DNA from: an uncultured Mycoplasmataceae bacterium
GTDB lineage: Bacteria > Bacillota_I > Bacilli_A > Mycoplasmatales > Mycoplasmoidaceae
Assembly: GCA_900316595.1 (NCBI GenBank)
Contig: ONDN01000064.1
Coordinates: 1 to 35,830 of the forward strand
DNA length: 35,830 bases
Direction of reading: 5' to 3'
The notes beneath the pieces were generated by a model. It saw only the letters and a list, made by a program, of their open reading frames with translations, ran no database searches and was not told where the DNA came from. The translations under genes and the position numbers were made by a program. Positions 9,465-19,617 of this stretch are shown piece by piece. Numbering within the stretch: position 1 is the first letter of the stretch; the number at the start of each line of letters is the position of its first letter.

Positions 9465-11633
9465 ATGACAAAGCAAATTGATCAAACTAAAAAAATTAAG
9501 TTTGGGCGTGGTAGTGATTTTGTATTTGAGAATGTAAGATTCTCTACCAGAATTGTTAAACTATTGGTGTTTTATAATTTGACAAGCAATTGAAAAAAAT
9601 ATTTAGCTGCTTTTGCAGTTGGTATTTTTATGGCTATTGGAACCTCATTATTCATAGAAATTACAGGACTATATGCCGGTGGTTCAGCAGCATTGTTACA
9701 AGGTGTTGCACGTTTGATTTATGTATTTATTAAGAAATCTGTTGGTGAAAAAGATTGAATAAACTTGGTATACAACATTTTATTTTGAGGAATGTATTTT
9801 GCATTAAATATATTATTGTTCACAGTCCTATATAAAAAATTAAATCGACAATGTATCATTATTACATTTATATATTTAGTTACTACCCAACTTGTAGGTT
9901 TTGGATTATCAATGATCCCTCATTTTCAAGAATTTACAATTTTTGGAAATACTCAAACTGTAAATGAACATCTTAGAGAATATAATGTTCAATGCATAAT
10001 ATACAACCCAAATATTTGACCTACACTTGATTCAAGTGTATATCCTGCAAAATATGATTGAAGTTTTAACAATTTAATAACTGATCGAAATGTTGTTCCT
10101 GATTCTACATATCAAGATATTTTATCGCTAAACATAGTTCGTTCATTCTTATTAATTGTCTATGCTTTTGCTTTTTCAATTATTAGTTCCATTAGTAATG
10201 CTATTCTCTACATAATTGGTGGCAGTTCTGCTGGGACAGAAATGGTAGCTCTATATGTGTCAGAAAAGAAAAATAGAGATGTTACTGTATCTTTAAAAAT
10301 TTCACAAACATTTTGTTTAATAATGGGTGGTATTTTAGGTTCATACATTACTGGAATTGTTATTTGCCCAAAATATTACTCAGGATGACAATACATAATT
10401 AATGCAAATATGATTGGTAGCTTTATTTGAATTTTAAGTAATGCTTTTTTCCTTAGTAAATTATTCCCATCACAAAAGATTGTGAAAGTGGAAGTATATA
10501 CACAATATGCAGAAGAAGTTGTTAAAGAACTAAAAAAATACAATTATACAAGTCCATCTACAATTGTTAATTCAGTTGGTGGATATAGTGGTGTAAAAAA
10601 TAATATTTTGATGACTACACTTTCTTTATTTGAAGTTCCATCTTTGATAAGTGTTGTCAGAGAAATTGATAAAAAATGCTTAATTACAGCAAACTTGATT
10701 GATGATTGTGATGGAAACATATCAGTGCAAAGACACAAACATATCGAAGAAAAACCTAAAAAAGATGTTAAAAAACTAAATAATTTATCTAATGCTGAAA
10801 ATGAAGCTACATTACTCATTTGCAAACATCTAAATGTTAATAAAAAGGAAATTAAATCAATAGCTTTGCAGACTCAAGGTTGAACTAATAAAATATTTTT
10901 ATTTAAATTTAAAAATGGCGAAAAATATATTGTTAGAATTGCAGCATTAGATAAATTATTAGATCGAAATAATGAAATATCAGTTTTAAAACTATTGGCA
11001 AATAATAGTGAATTTGATTTTAAATTTATTAATGAACAGACTGGTGATTTTATTAGAAAGTATATTGAAGGAAAAATGGTTCATAAACATATTATTAGAA
11101 ATAGTAATTTCTTAAAACTCTTAGCGGACAAATTAAAGAAAATTCATGCTATTAAAATTCCTAAGAATTGCAAAATTAAAGAACATGATAACCATCAATA
11201 TGACAAATATATTAATCACATTGACCAAAAATATCAAAAAATGTACAATGATATATTAGAAAAAAATAAACATTTAGAGAAATGTTTATGTCATCATGAT
11301 CTAACACCTTGAAATATAATTTATCAAAAAAGAAAACATTCATTATCATTAATAGATTTTGAATGAGCAAGAATTAATTCATATTATTTTGATTTAGCTA
11401 ATTTCATTAGAGAAGCAAAAATTCATAATACAAGGTATGAAAAAATTTTCTTAGATGCATATAGCAAAAAAATAGATATCAAAATAATCACAGAATATCT
11501 ATATATATCATCTTTTATTTCATACCTATGAACTTATTCAATAAAAGCTTATAAACATATTTTGTCTTATCGCACTAGAATGTGAAAATTAATTAAAAAA
11601 TTTTATCAAGAAATTATTGAGCAAAATAAATAG
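9465..11633 (+). CDS. Fusion protein: YitT-family membrane domain + DUF2179 + choline/ethanolamine-kinase (APH-fold) domain (722 aa)
   Basis: I translated frame 0 by hand from the ATG at 9465 to the TAG at 11631-11633. It contains only TGA codons and no TAA/TAG. The YitT motifs are ...LYAGGSAALLQG... and ...YIIGGSSAGTEMVALY... DUF2179 reads KVEVYT...VGGYSGVKNNILMTTLSLFEVPSLISVVREIDKKCLITANLIDDCDGN. The kinase region has QGWTNKIFLFKFKNGEKYIVRI, Brenner motif HHDLTPWN, and IDFEWARINSYYFDLANF. Confidence 0.75.
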
Positions 11634-12239
11634 TTACTTCTTAATAACCTCTTTTATTGGTCGATAACTAAATCGGTGGAATTTCTGAATTGGTCCATAT
11701 TTCTTTAAGGCTTTTAAATGATTAATTGTCCCATATCCTTTATTAACATCAAAATTATATTCAGGATATTTATAAGCAATACTAATCATGTATCGATCTC
11801 TAGCTACTTTAGCTAGAATACTTGCTGCAGCAATAGATATAGATTTAGAATCACCTTTAATAATTGATTCAGTTTTAACCTTGATATTTGGTAATTTTTC
11901 TGCATCAACAAAAACTACATTAGGTGATATTTTTATATTATGATAAACATCATTCATGCCACTAATTGTTGCTTGTTTAGGATTTAATTTATCAACATCT
12001 ATTGGAGAAATAAATTCAATATCATATGCAACAGCTGATTTTATTATTTCTTCAAATAATCTTTCCCTTTTTTTAGCTGATAATTTTTTAGAATCATTGA
12101 TCTCATCATTTTTATAATTCATAGGCAATATGCAGCCAGCAACAACAAGAGGGCCTGCCCAACAACCACGACCAGCCTCATCTAATCCAAGAATATATTT
12201 ATTTCCTTGAGATCAATATGCCTTTTCAAATTTATACAT
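11634..12239 (-). CDS. rnhB: Ribonuclease HII
   Basis: I extended track ORF 11634..12128 upstream to the ATG at 12239-12237. This gives MYKFEKAYWSQGNKYILGLDEAGRGCWAGPLVVAGCIL... The gene lies directly downstream of rbgA, as in Bacillus ylqF-rnhB. Confidence 0.9.
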
Positions 12240-12240
12240 G

Positions 12241-13053
12241 TTATTTTTTTTCATAATTTACTTTGCAAATCTTGTTATTGATAAATGTATTAAAAATAAA
12301 ATCATATGCCTTCATATAATCTTTACTGTTATTTTTGCCAATAAACTTGTATTTGTTAACAACAAAATCTATAAATTCCTGAAAATCTAATTTATTATTT
12401 ATACCGAAATACTTTTTTAATTCATTTGGATAATATTTAATATAAAATTCAAAAGCAAATTTAACAACATCTTCAATTGGTAATACCTTCTTACTAATTG
12501 AACCAATTAAACCTAATATATATCCATCTTCTATTCTCTCAATATTTTTAACTAAAATACCAGGAGTATCATATATCGAACAAAATTTATTAATTTTAAC
12601 TAAATTAATATTTTTAGTTATTCCAGGACGATTTTGAACAATAACTTTATTCTTCTTAGCAAAGGCATTGATAAATGAAGATTTACCTACATTTGGTAGA
12701 CCAACAACCATACAATAGAAATTAGGATTAATTAAACCTTTAGATTTTAATTTAGCAATTTGACTTGCTAATTTATTTTCAATTATTTTATCAACATTAT
12801 TAACAAAATCTTTTTGCATGATATCTAAGTAATAAACATTATCTGCTTTATTTTTCAAATCTGCTAAATCTGATTTTAAGGCAATATTAATAATAGGTTT
12901 GTTCTTACAAATTTTAATCAAATCGCTATTGCTACTAATATTTACACAACGAGCGTCTATGATTTGTATTACTAAATCTATTTTGTTAATTTGCTGTTTA
13001 ATACATGAAACAGTTTTGGCCATATGGCCAATATATCAATTTATCTTTTCCAT
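12241..13053 (-). CDS. rbgA: Ribosome biogenesis GTPase A (YlqF/RbgA)
   Basis: The N-terminus, extended through a TGA, is MEKINWYIGHMAKTV...DLVIQIIDAR. The circularly permuted GTPase motifs are KSD...GLPNVGKSS...DTPG. Confidence 0.85.
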
Positions 13054-14886
13054 TTAAATAGTTTTATGCTTCTTAGATTGAGCGTTATATAGTTTAGCAT
13101 AGAAACCTTTTTGTTTAATTAATTGTTTATGTGTTCCATGCTCTATTATTTCACCACTTTTCATAACCAAAATATTATTGGCGTTTTTAATAGTTGATAA
13201 TCTATGAGCAATTATTATTGAAGTTCTATTTGACATCAATAAATTCAACGAATTTTGGATGTCATTCTCAGTTTTGGTATCAATTGATGAAGTTGCCTCA
13301 TCTAAAATTAATATTTTAGCTTCCTTTAAAAATGCCCTAGCAATAACAATAGACTGTCTTTGACCCTGTGATAAATTAATACCATTGTCTTCAATGACTG
13401 TTTCATAGTCACTTGGCATATTCATAATAAATCCATGAGCTTTAGCAAGTTTAGCAGCAATTTCAACTTCTTCATCAGAAGCATCTAATTTACCATAACG
13501 AATATTTTCTCTAATTGTTGTATTAAATAGAAATGTATCTTGTAGAACAATTGCTACATTCTCTCTTAAACAATGACGAGAAATATTTTGAATTGGAATA
13601 TTATCAATTAACAATTGTCCTTTTGTTATTTCATAAAATCTTGATATCAAACTTGCTAGTGTAGTTTTACCGCATCCAGTTGGTCCTACAAGCGCCAAAA
13701 TTTTACCTGGTTCACATTTAAAATTAATATTTTTTAATACAGGTTTATTTTTTGTGTAGCTAAAATTTAAATTCTTAGCTTCAATATAACCTTTTACATT
13801 TTTTAAATCAATAGGTTTATCAATTTTAATTTCTTCTTCTTGATCGAGAATATCAAATACACGGTTAGCAGAAACAAACATTAACATTATTGGACCCATT
13901 GATGTAATAATTTGGTTAATAGGATTAGATAAATTTCGTGCAAAAATTGTGAATACAATTAATAAACTAGCAGGTTCAAATGTACCAATTACACTCCATG
14001 ATGTTTTTATATAACCTAAACATGTTAATGTAATGCCTAAACCAACTAAGGCTACAAAAGCTAGGTTTGTAAATAGCATATTTAAAGGTGGCAAAACATT
14101 GGCAAAACCATTAGCAATAATTGAATTCTTAGATAAATCTCCATTTAACTTATCAAACTCTTTTAAATTTAAATCTTGCTTTTCATATAATGAAACAATT
14201 TTATTACCACTAATTCTTTCTTCTATAAAGGCATTTAAATTTGCAGTGCAATCTTGTTGTTTCTTATAATATGGCCTAATAAATTTTAGACCTTTTAATG
14301 TTATTAGCATCATTAAAGGAAACATTAATAATGTAATTAAACATAATGCCCAATTTAATAATCCCATTAAAATTATGACTACAATAATATTAAAAAATCA
14401 AGGAATGTCTCGAACAAAATGTCATGTATAAGTTGTTGAGATATTATCAACATCATTAGATGCTTTAGTAATTAGTTCACCAGATGCATTTTGATCAAGA
14501 TAAAATATTGGTAAATTTTGTATTTTATTAAAAATTTCTTTCCGCATCTCATAACAAAGTCGCTTTTCAGTAATCCGAGAAATTATTACTGCAACCATAA
14601 AATCAGAAAATGATGTTAATATATTTGTTAACATTAACATAATGCATACAAAACAAAATGCAATGATTGGAAATTGGGATGTATCGTCTGAATAAAAATA
14701 CTTATCGTAAATATAACCAGAAATATATATTGATATACCAACAAATATTGATGATAGTATGCCAAATAAAATTGCAAAAAAAACATGTTTTTTTGAATTT
14801 TTGAAATATTGTCATAGCCTCTTTATTGTTAATTTTGTATCAAATTTAGTTTGATTTTGTAGAGGCGCCTTAATTTTTTTAATCAT
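13054..14886 (-). CDS. ABC exporter, fused permease/ATPase half-transporter (consensus catalytic NBD, degenerate signature)
   Basis: Track ORFs 13054..14367 and 14422..14640 share a frame. The start is ATG at 14886-14884 (MIKKIKAPLQNQTKFDTKLTIKRLWQYFK). Walker A is GPTGCGKTT, the signature is LSQGQRQS, Walker B is ILILDEATSSID and the H-loop is IIIAHRLST. Confidence 0.9.
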
Positions 14887-16705
14887 ATGCCTCCTGCAAA
14901 CTTTCTAGTTGTAATTTTGCAATTTGTTTATAAACATCGTTAGACCTTAGTAATTGATTGTGAGTGCCAATACCACAAATCTTTCCTTGTTCCAAAACAA
15001 TAATTCGATCAGCATTCATTATTGAGGAAACTCTTTGACTAACAATGATTTTTGTTGAATCAGGTAAATAATTATCAATATTTTTTTGTACTTTTTTTTC
15101 TGTAATTGCATCTAAAGCACTTGTTGTATCATCTAAAATTAGAATTTTTGGCTTTCTAATTAATGTTCTCGCTAAACATACCCTTTGCCTTTGACCGCCT
15201 GAGAAATTTCTTCCTCTTTGTTCTACAGGTGAAGCAAATAATTTATCATATTTAGAAATAAATTCCCATGCACATGATAATTCACATGCCTTTTTCATTT
15301 CTTCTTCTGTTGCATCATTCTTACCATATCGTAAATTATATGCAATATCACCAGAGAATAATATTTGATCTTGCAATGAAATACCAATATATTCTCTTAA
15401 TTCATGTAAATTGATATCTTTAATATTTAAACCACCAATATAAATAGCTCCTTGAGTTGGGTCATATAGACGTGGAATCAAATCAACAAGTGTTGATTTG
15501 CCACTACCTGTTGGACCAATAATTCCTATAGTTTCACCAGATTTAATTTTTAAGTTTATATTTTTAATGATTTCTGCTTGTGAATCCTTAGCATATTTAT
15601 AACTTACATTTTTAAATTCAATATCATATTTTTTTGTATTAAATTTCAAAGGTCTTTTTGAATTGATAATTGAAGGTGTAATTTCCATTAAACTACTAAT
15701 ACGTTCCGCTGATGGTTTAGATCTTATAACTGTAGCAATAGCAATTACAAACATAATAAATGATGCTAATTGTATTAGCATTGTTGTTGAAATTTTATAA
15801 ACAAGATCCATAGATAAATCAAAAGAACCAGAATCAATTAAATAACCTGAAAGTAAATAAACAATTGATATTCCAGCATAAATAACAAATTCAATAACTA
15901 CGGTAATTGTAGCAATTCAAATTTCAACCTGAATACTTAACTTTTCTAATTTAGTATTTGCAAATGACATCTTTCCTCTTTGATTCTCTTGCAAATTAAA
16001 AGATCTAACAACTCTTGTACCCAAAACATTTTCACGAATTATTGATGATGTCTCATCAATTGATCTTTGAGCATGACCATATATAGGAACAATAATTCTT
16101 GCAATTAAGATTGTAAGTAGGATAATTAATGCCATTATTCCTAATGATATGCTTCCAAAATATGCATTAACTGTCATATTCTTTGAAGCAGTAAAAATTA
16201 ATGAACTAGTTCCAATTAGTGTTAATGGGGCTTGAATCAACATAGAGAATGTCATTTGTAATGCTTGCTGAACTTTTTGAGCATCATTTGTTAACCTTGT
16301 AATTAATGATGCTGGAGTAACAACATTCAACTCTTGAAAAGAATAAGTTAAAATTTTTGCATAAACACAATTTCTTAAATTATATGTAGACATTAATGAA
16401 GCCTTAGCACTCATAAAATATCCAAATATACCGAAGCCAAAAGATAAAAGTGTGAAGCAAAACATTGTTAATAAAACCATTCAATATGCAAATCAAGCTT
16501 TATTATATGGAATTACTATTTTAATTAAGCTATCAATTATAATTGGTTCACTTGTTTTTGTGTTAATAGCCTTAACTATTTGAATTGTTCAACCAACAAA
16601 TGTGGGCTGAACAATATGGAAAAGCGTAGAAAGCAAAATCAAAAAAATTGCTCCTGCAAGCATTCATAACGCTTTTCCTTTAAAATACTTAACAAGTTTA
16701 AACAT
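14879..16705 (-). CDS. ABC exporter, fused permease/ATPase half-transporter (degenerate catalytic NBD)
   Basis: Track ORFs 14879..15811 and 15917..16480 share a frame. The start is ATG at 16705-16703 (MFKLVKYFKGKALWMLAG...). Walker A is GPTGSGKST, the signature is FSGGQRQR, Walker B is ILILDDTTSALD (Asp in place of the catalytic Glu), and the H-loop is IIVSQRVSS (Gln in place of His). It overlaps the downstream partner gene by 8 nt. Confidence 0.9.
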
Positions 16706-16716
16706 ACTTCTCTTAT

Positions 16717-18459
16717 TTAATCCTTAGTTGTTGGACCAAAAATTTCATATGCAATAGTTCCAAGTTCATGTGACTCTTTTAATTTTTGGCGAATTTTATC
16801 TAAATTTGGCTCCGATTTTAATTTTAGATCTTGTGTAGTTAAAGCAACCTTTTTCATCTTTAAAATTTGCGATTTACTACCACTAATTATATACATTGGT
16901 TGACTAACAATTTTAATAATTGCTTTTTGAATTTCTACATTAGTAAAATTTTTATTTAACAAATCAGCATCTAATTCATCATTAAAAAATAAAATAATTC
17001 CATTTTTAGAAGCAGTTACCAATTTAAATGTAGAACCAAAATACATGAACTCTTGCGAAGTATCTGCTAAATCTTTTAAATATTTAATAACTTTCTTTGC
17101 ATTATTCTTGTATTCAGATGAACTATTAGCAATAATTTGAATACCAATTTCATTAATATCAAATGAATCTTTATCCAATGATTTAGTTGTTGAAATAACT
17201 TCTTCTTGTTTTATATTAGCCGTTGAATCAAATTTAACTTCTTTTAAACTGCAAACATCATTAATATCTACCTTTAATGGTTTAATGTCATCATTAATTG
17301 CTTCTTGTAATTCAATAGATTCTGATTTTTTTATAACATTAGGTTTCGCTAGTTGAATTGGTTCATTAACAAGATTAGATTGTTGAATTATATTAATCAT
17401 CGAAAAAACAAAAACATTAAATGCAAATTTAACATCTTCAGCTTTTTTAATTTCATTAAAACTTTTTTGAACTAAATTAATTAATTTAATCAAAATATCT
17501 TTTTTAATGCTTATTAAACTAACATTTGTTGAATCTAGACAAGTTAAAAAATCAATAGATCTAGTCTGGTTATAGATTAAAAGATCAAGTAAGATATTAC
17601 CGATATCAAGCACTAATCTTGAAAAATTAATACCCTTTTCTTCATATTCATTAATTTTTTTAATAACTTCATTAACCTTACTTTGATAGATCAATGAAAT
17701 AAAATTAATTTTTTCATTAATGTTTAGTAAACCAAAAATTTCATATACATCATCTTCTGTAATGTCATTATTTGTAAATAATGATAATTGTTCAAGAATT
17801 GAAAGAGCATCACGAGCTGAACCTTCAGATAAACTAATAATTGAGTTAATTACTTTTTGTGAAATATTAATTTTTTCATGTTTAGCAACTTTAGTTAATA
17901 AATCTGAGATTTGTTTTGCATTTATTCTTGAGAATTCAAAATATTGACTTCTTGATAAAATAGTTGTTGGAATTTTATGAGGTTCTGTTGTTGCAAAAAT
18001 AAATACAACATTTAGAGGTGGTTCTTCAAGAGTTTTTAAAAGTGCATTCCATGCACTATTTGAAAGCATATGAGCTTCATCAATAATATAAACCTTATAT
18101 TTTAAATTAACTGGAAGAAATTTTAAATTTTCAAGAATCATTCTAATATTTTCAACACCACTATTACTTGCAGCATCAAGTTCAAGAATATCAGTTGTAT
18201 TATTCTCATTAATTATCTTGCAATTTTCACATTTATTGCAAATGTCATCATTAAAGTTCTTGCAATTTATGGCTTTAGAAAAAATTTTAGCTATTGTTGT
18301 TTTACCAATACCTTTTGGACCAGCAAAAATATAAACATGACCAATTCTATTTAATTTAATAGAATTGACTAATGTTTTTACAACCACATCTTGTCCAATG
18401 ATTTCTTTAAAACACTTTGGTCGGTATTTTTGATATAAAGAGACATTATCATTTACCAT
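16717..18459 (-). CDS. dnaX: DNA polymerase III subunit gamma/tau
   Basis: The motifs are LYQKYRPKCFKEIIGQD, GPKGIGKTT, a Cys cluster CKNFNDDICNKCENC, and IIDEAHML. I preferred the ATG at 18459-18457 over the track TTG start, because that TTG lies within ttGAGGAaaattaatATG and so forms part of the SD. Confidence 0.9.
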   Translation of the reverse strand: MVNDNVSLYQKYRPKCFKEIIGQDVVVKTLVNSIKLNRIGHVYIFAGPKGIGKTTIAKIFSKAINCKNFNDDICNKCENCKIINENNTTDILELDAASNSGVENIRMILENLKFLPVNLKYKVYIIDEAHMLSNSAWNALLKTLEEPPLNVVFIFATTEPHKIPTTILSRSQYFEFSRINAKQISDLLTKVAKHEKINISQKVINSIISLSEGSARDALSILEQLSLFTNNDITEDDVYEIFGLLNINEKINFISLIYQSKVNEVIKKINEYEEKGINFSRLVLDIGNILLDLLIYNQTRSIDFLTCLDSTNVSLISIKKDILIKLINLVQKSFNEIKKAEDVKFAFNVFVFSMINIIQQSNLVNEPIQLAKPNVIKKSESIELQEAINDDIKPLKVDINDVCSLKEVKFDSTANIKQEEVISTTKSLDKDSFDINEIGIQIIANSSSEYKNNAKKVIKYLKDLADTSQEFMYFGSTFKLVTASKNGIILFFNDELDADLLNKNFTNVEIQKAIIKIVSQPMYIISGSKSQILKMKKVALTTQDLKLKSEPNLDKIRQKLKESHELGTIAYEIFGPTTKD

Positions 18460-18460
18460 A

Positions 18461-19174
18461 TTAATTTTCCTCAAAGTTAGTTACTACTCATTGAACATCA
18501 TCATCATTTTCGCATGAATCAATAAAATCTGATAATTTTTGTTTTATCTTATCATCTAATTCAGAAATCTTTTCATTTGGAAAAAATTTAACTTCTGATG
18601 AAAATATTTCAACTTTGTTATTTTTTAAATTATCAACAGTTTTATAAATATCAAATGGTTCAACATAAATTTCAAAACAATCTTCTTGTTCAAGAATATC
18701 AAGAACTTTATTTTCCATTGTTAGCTCTAATAAGTAATCAACAGAAATATTTGATTTTTTAGGTACAATAATGTAACCTTTTTCCTCAAAAAATGATTTA
18801 ACACTATTTGGCTTAGCAATTTTGGCATTAAATTTATTTAAATAGCCACGAACGTTTCCGGCACTACGGTTTGGATTATCCGTTAAGACACAGATAATAA
18901 TTTGTAATCCGTTTGGACCATATGCCTCATATTCTAATGTTTCTAGCTTCTCAGTATCTTTGATTGAACCATTAATATTCTTATTAATTGACTCTCGTGA
19001 TAAATTATTTTGTAAAGCTTTGCTAATTGCTGATTTTAATCTTGGGTTAGCTTCAGGATTAGGGCCCCCAACTTTAACAGATGCTCGAATTTCACGAGCT
19101 AATTTTTGTCACATTTTGGCTTGTGCTTGTTGCTTTTTATTAGTTTGATTTGCAATTAAATGTTTACGTGGCAT
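18461..19174 (-). CDS. YebC/PmpR-family DNA-binding regulator
   Basis: The ATG is at 19174-19172: MPRKHLIANQTNKKQQAQAKMWQKLAREIRASVKVGGPNPEANPRLKSAISKALQNNLSRESI... This is in the same frame as track ORF 18488..18718. The C-terminus continues through a TGA to TAA at 18463-18461. Confidence 0.9.
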
Positions 19175-19191
19175 CTTGTTTTAAATGATTA

Positions 19192-19278
19192 TGGTGCCGA
19201 AGGAGGGAGTTGAACCCTCATGAAGTCACCTTCAATGGATTTTGAGTCCATCGCGTCTGCCAATTCCACCACTTCGGC
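19192..19278 (-). tRNA. tRNA-Leu (anticodon CAA), class II with a long variable arm, CCA encoded
   Basis: The minus strand reads GCCGAAGTGGTGGAATTGGCAGACGCGATGGACTCAAAATCCATTGAAGGTGACTTCATGAGGGTTCAACTCCCTCCTTCGGCACCA. The acceptor stem is GCCGAAG/CTTCGGC. The anticodon stem ATGGA/TCCAT carries the loop CT-CAA-AA. The T-arm is GAGGGTTCAACTCCCTC. Confidence 0.9.
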
Positions 19279-19345
19279 CTATTTATAAGTATAAATAGTA
19301 TACAATATAAAAAATAACATATAATAATGTCAAATTAGAGAAAAT

Positions 19346-19606
19346 ATGAGAAAAACATCACCTAATAAAAAATCATCAAATTCAACTGATAATTTGGTAG
19401 AACTAATGGATGGATACTTCAATAAAGGAGCATATCATTTAAATGTTAATGTTCTAAACCGTGAGACTTTATTAGATGCTCAGAAACATCCTGAAAAATA
19501 TCCACAATTAACCATTCGTGTAAGTGGATATGCTGTTAATTTTATTAAATTAACAAAGAAGCAACAAGATGATGTCATTAACCGTACATTCCATAAAAAA
19601 ATGTAA
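19346..19606 (+). CDS. Stand-alone glycyl-radical domain protein (GrcA/YfiD-like, or a remnant of the PFL C-terminus), 86 aa
   Basis: ...[70 protein letters not shown] corresponds to the last ~75 residues of pyruvate formate-lyase. It includes the radical-glycine motif RVSGYAV. The gene has its own ATG, preceded by agagaaaat. Confidence 0.75.
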   Translation: MRKTSPNKKSSNSTDNLVELMDGYFNKGAYHLNVNVLNRETLLDAQKHPEKYPQLTIRVSGYAVNFIKLTKKQQDDVINRTFHKKM

Positions 19607-19617
19607 TTATTCACTTC

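Noticed and set aside
10544-10825. 93-aa minus-strand ORF inside the DUF2179/linker region. Similar antisense ORFs occur at 9000..9191, 14033..14269, 17720..17947, 18960..19148, 19908..20156, 26144..26365, 27551..27748, 29778..30056, 30680..30877, 30893..31138, 31823..32170 and 35440..35739.
   Set aside because: Each lies entirely within, and antisense to, a well-supported conserved gene. They have low-complexity hydrophobic translations and no SD or promoter. They are typical shadow ORFs in AT-rich DNA.
17442-17450. A-rich heptamer (AAAAAAG on the coding strand) inside dnaX that could be a gamma/tau programmed frameshift site, as in E. coli.
   Set aside because: In the zero frame it reads ATT-AAA-AAA-GCT, which is not the A-AAA-AAG register needed for -1 slippage. 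I saw no downstream stem-loop. This mechanism is not known for Firmicute or Mollicute dnaX.
18472-18474. TTG-initiated longer versions of dnaX (18474), polC (27234), rpoD (7973) and whiA (28179) as printed in the track.
   Set aside because: In each case an ATG a few codons downstream matches the conserved N-terminus of the family. For dnaX, the TTG lies within the GAGGA Shine-Dalgarno context for that ATG.
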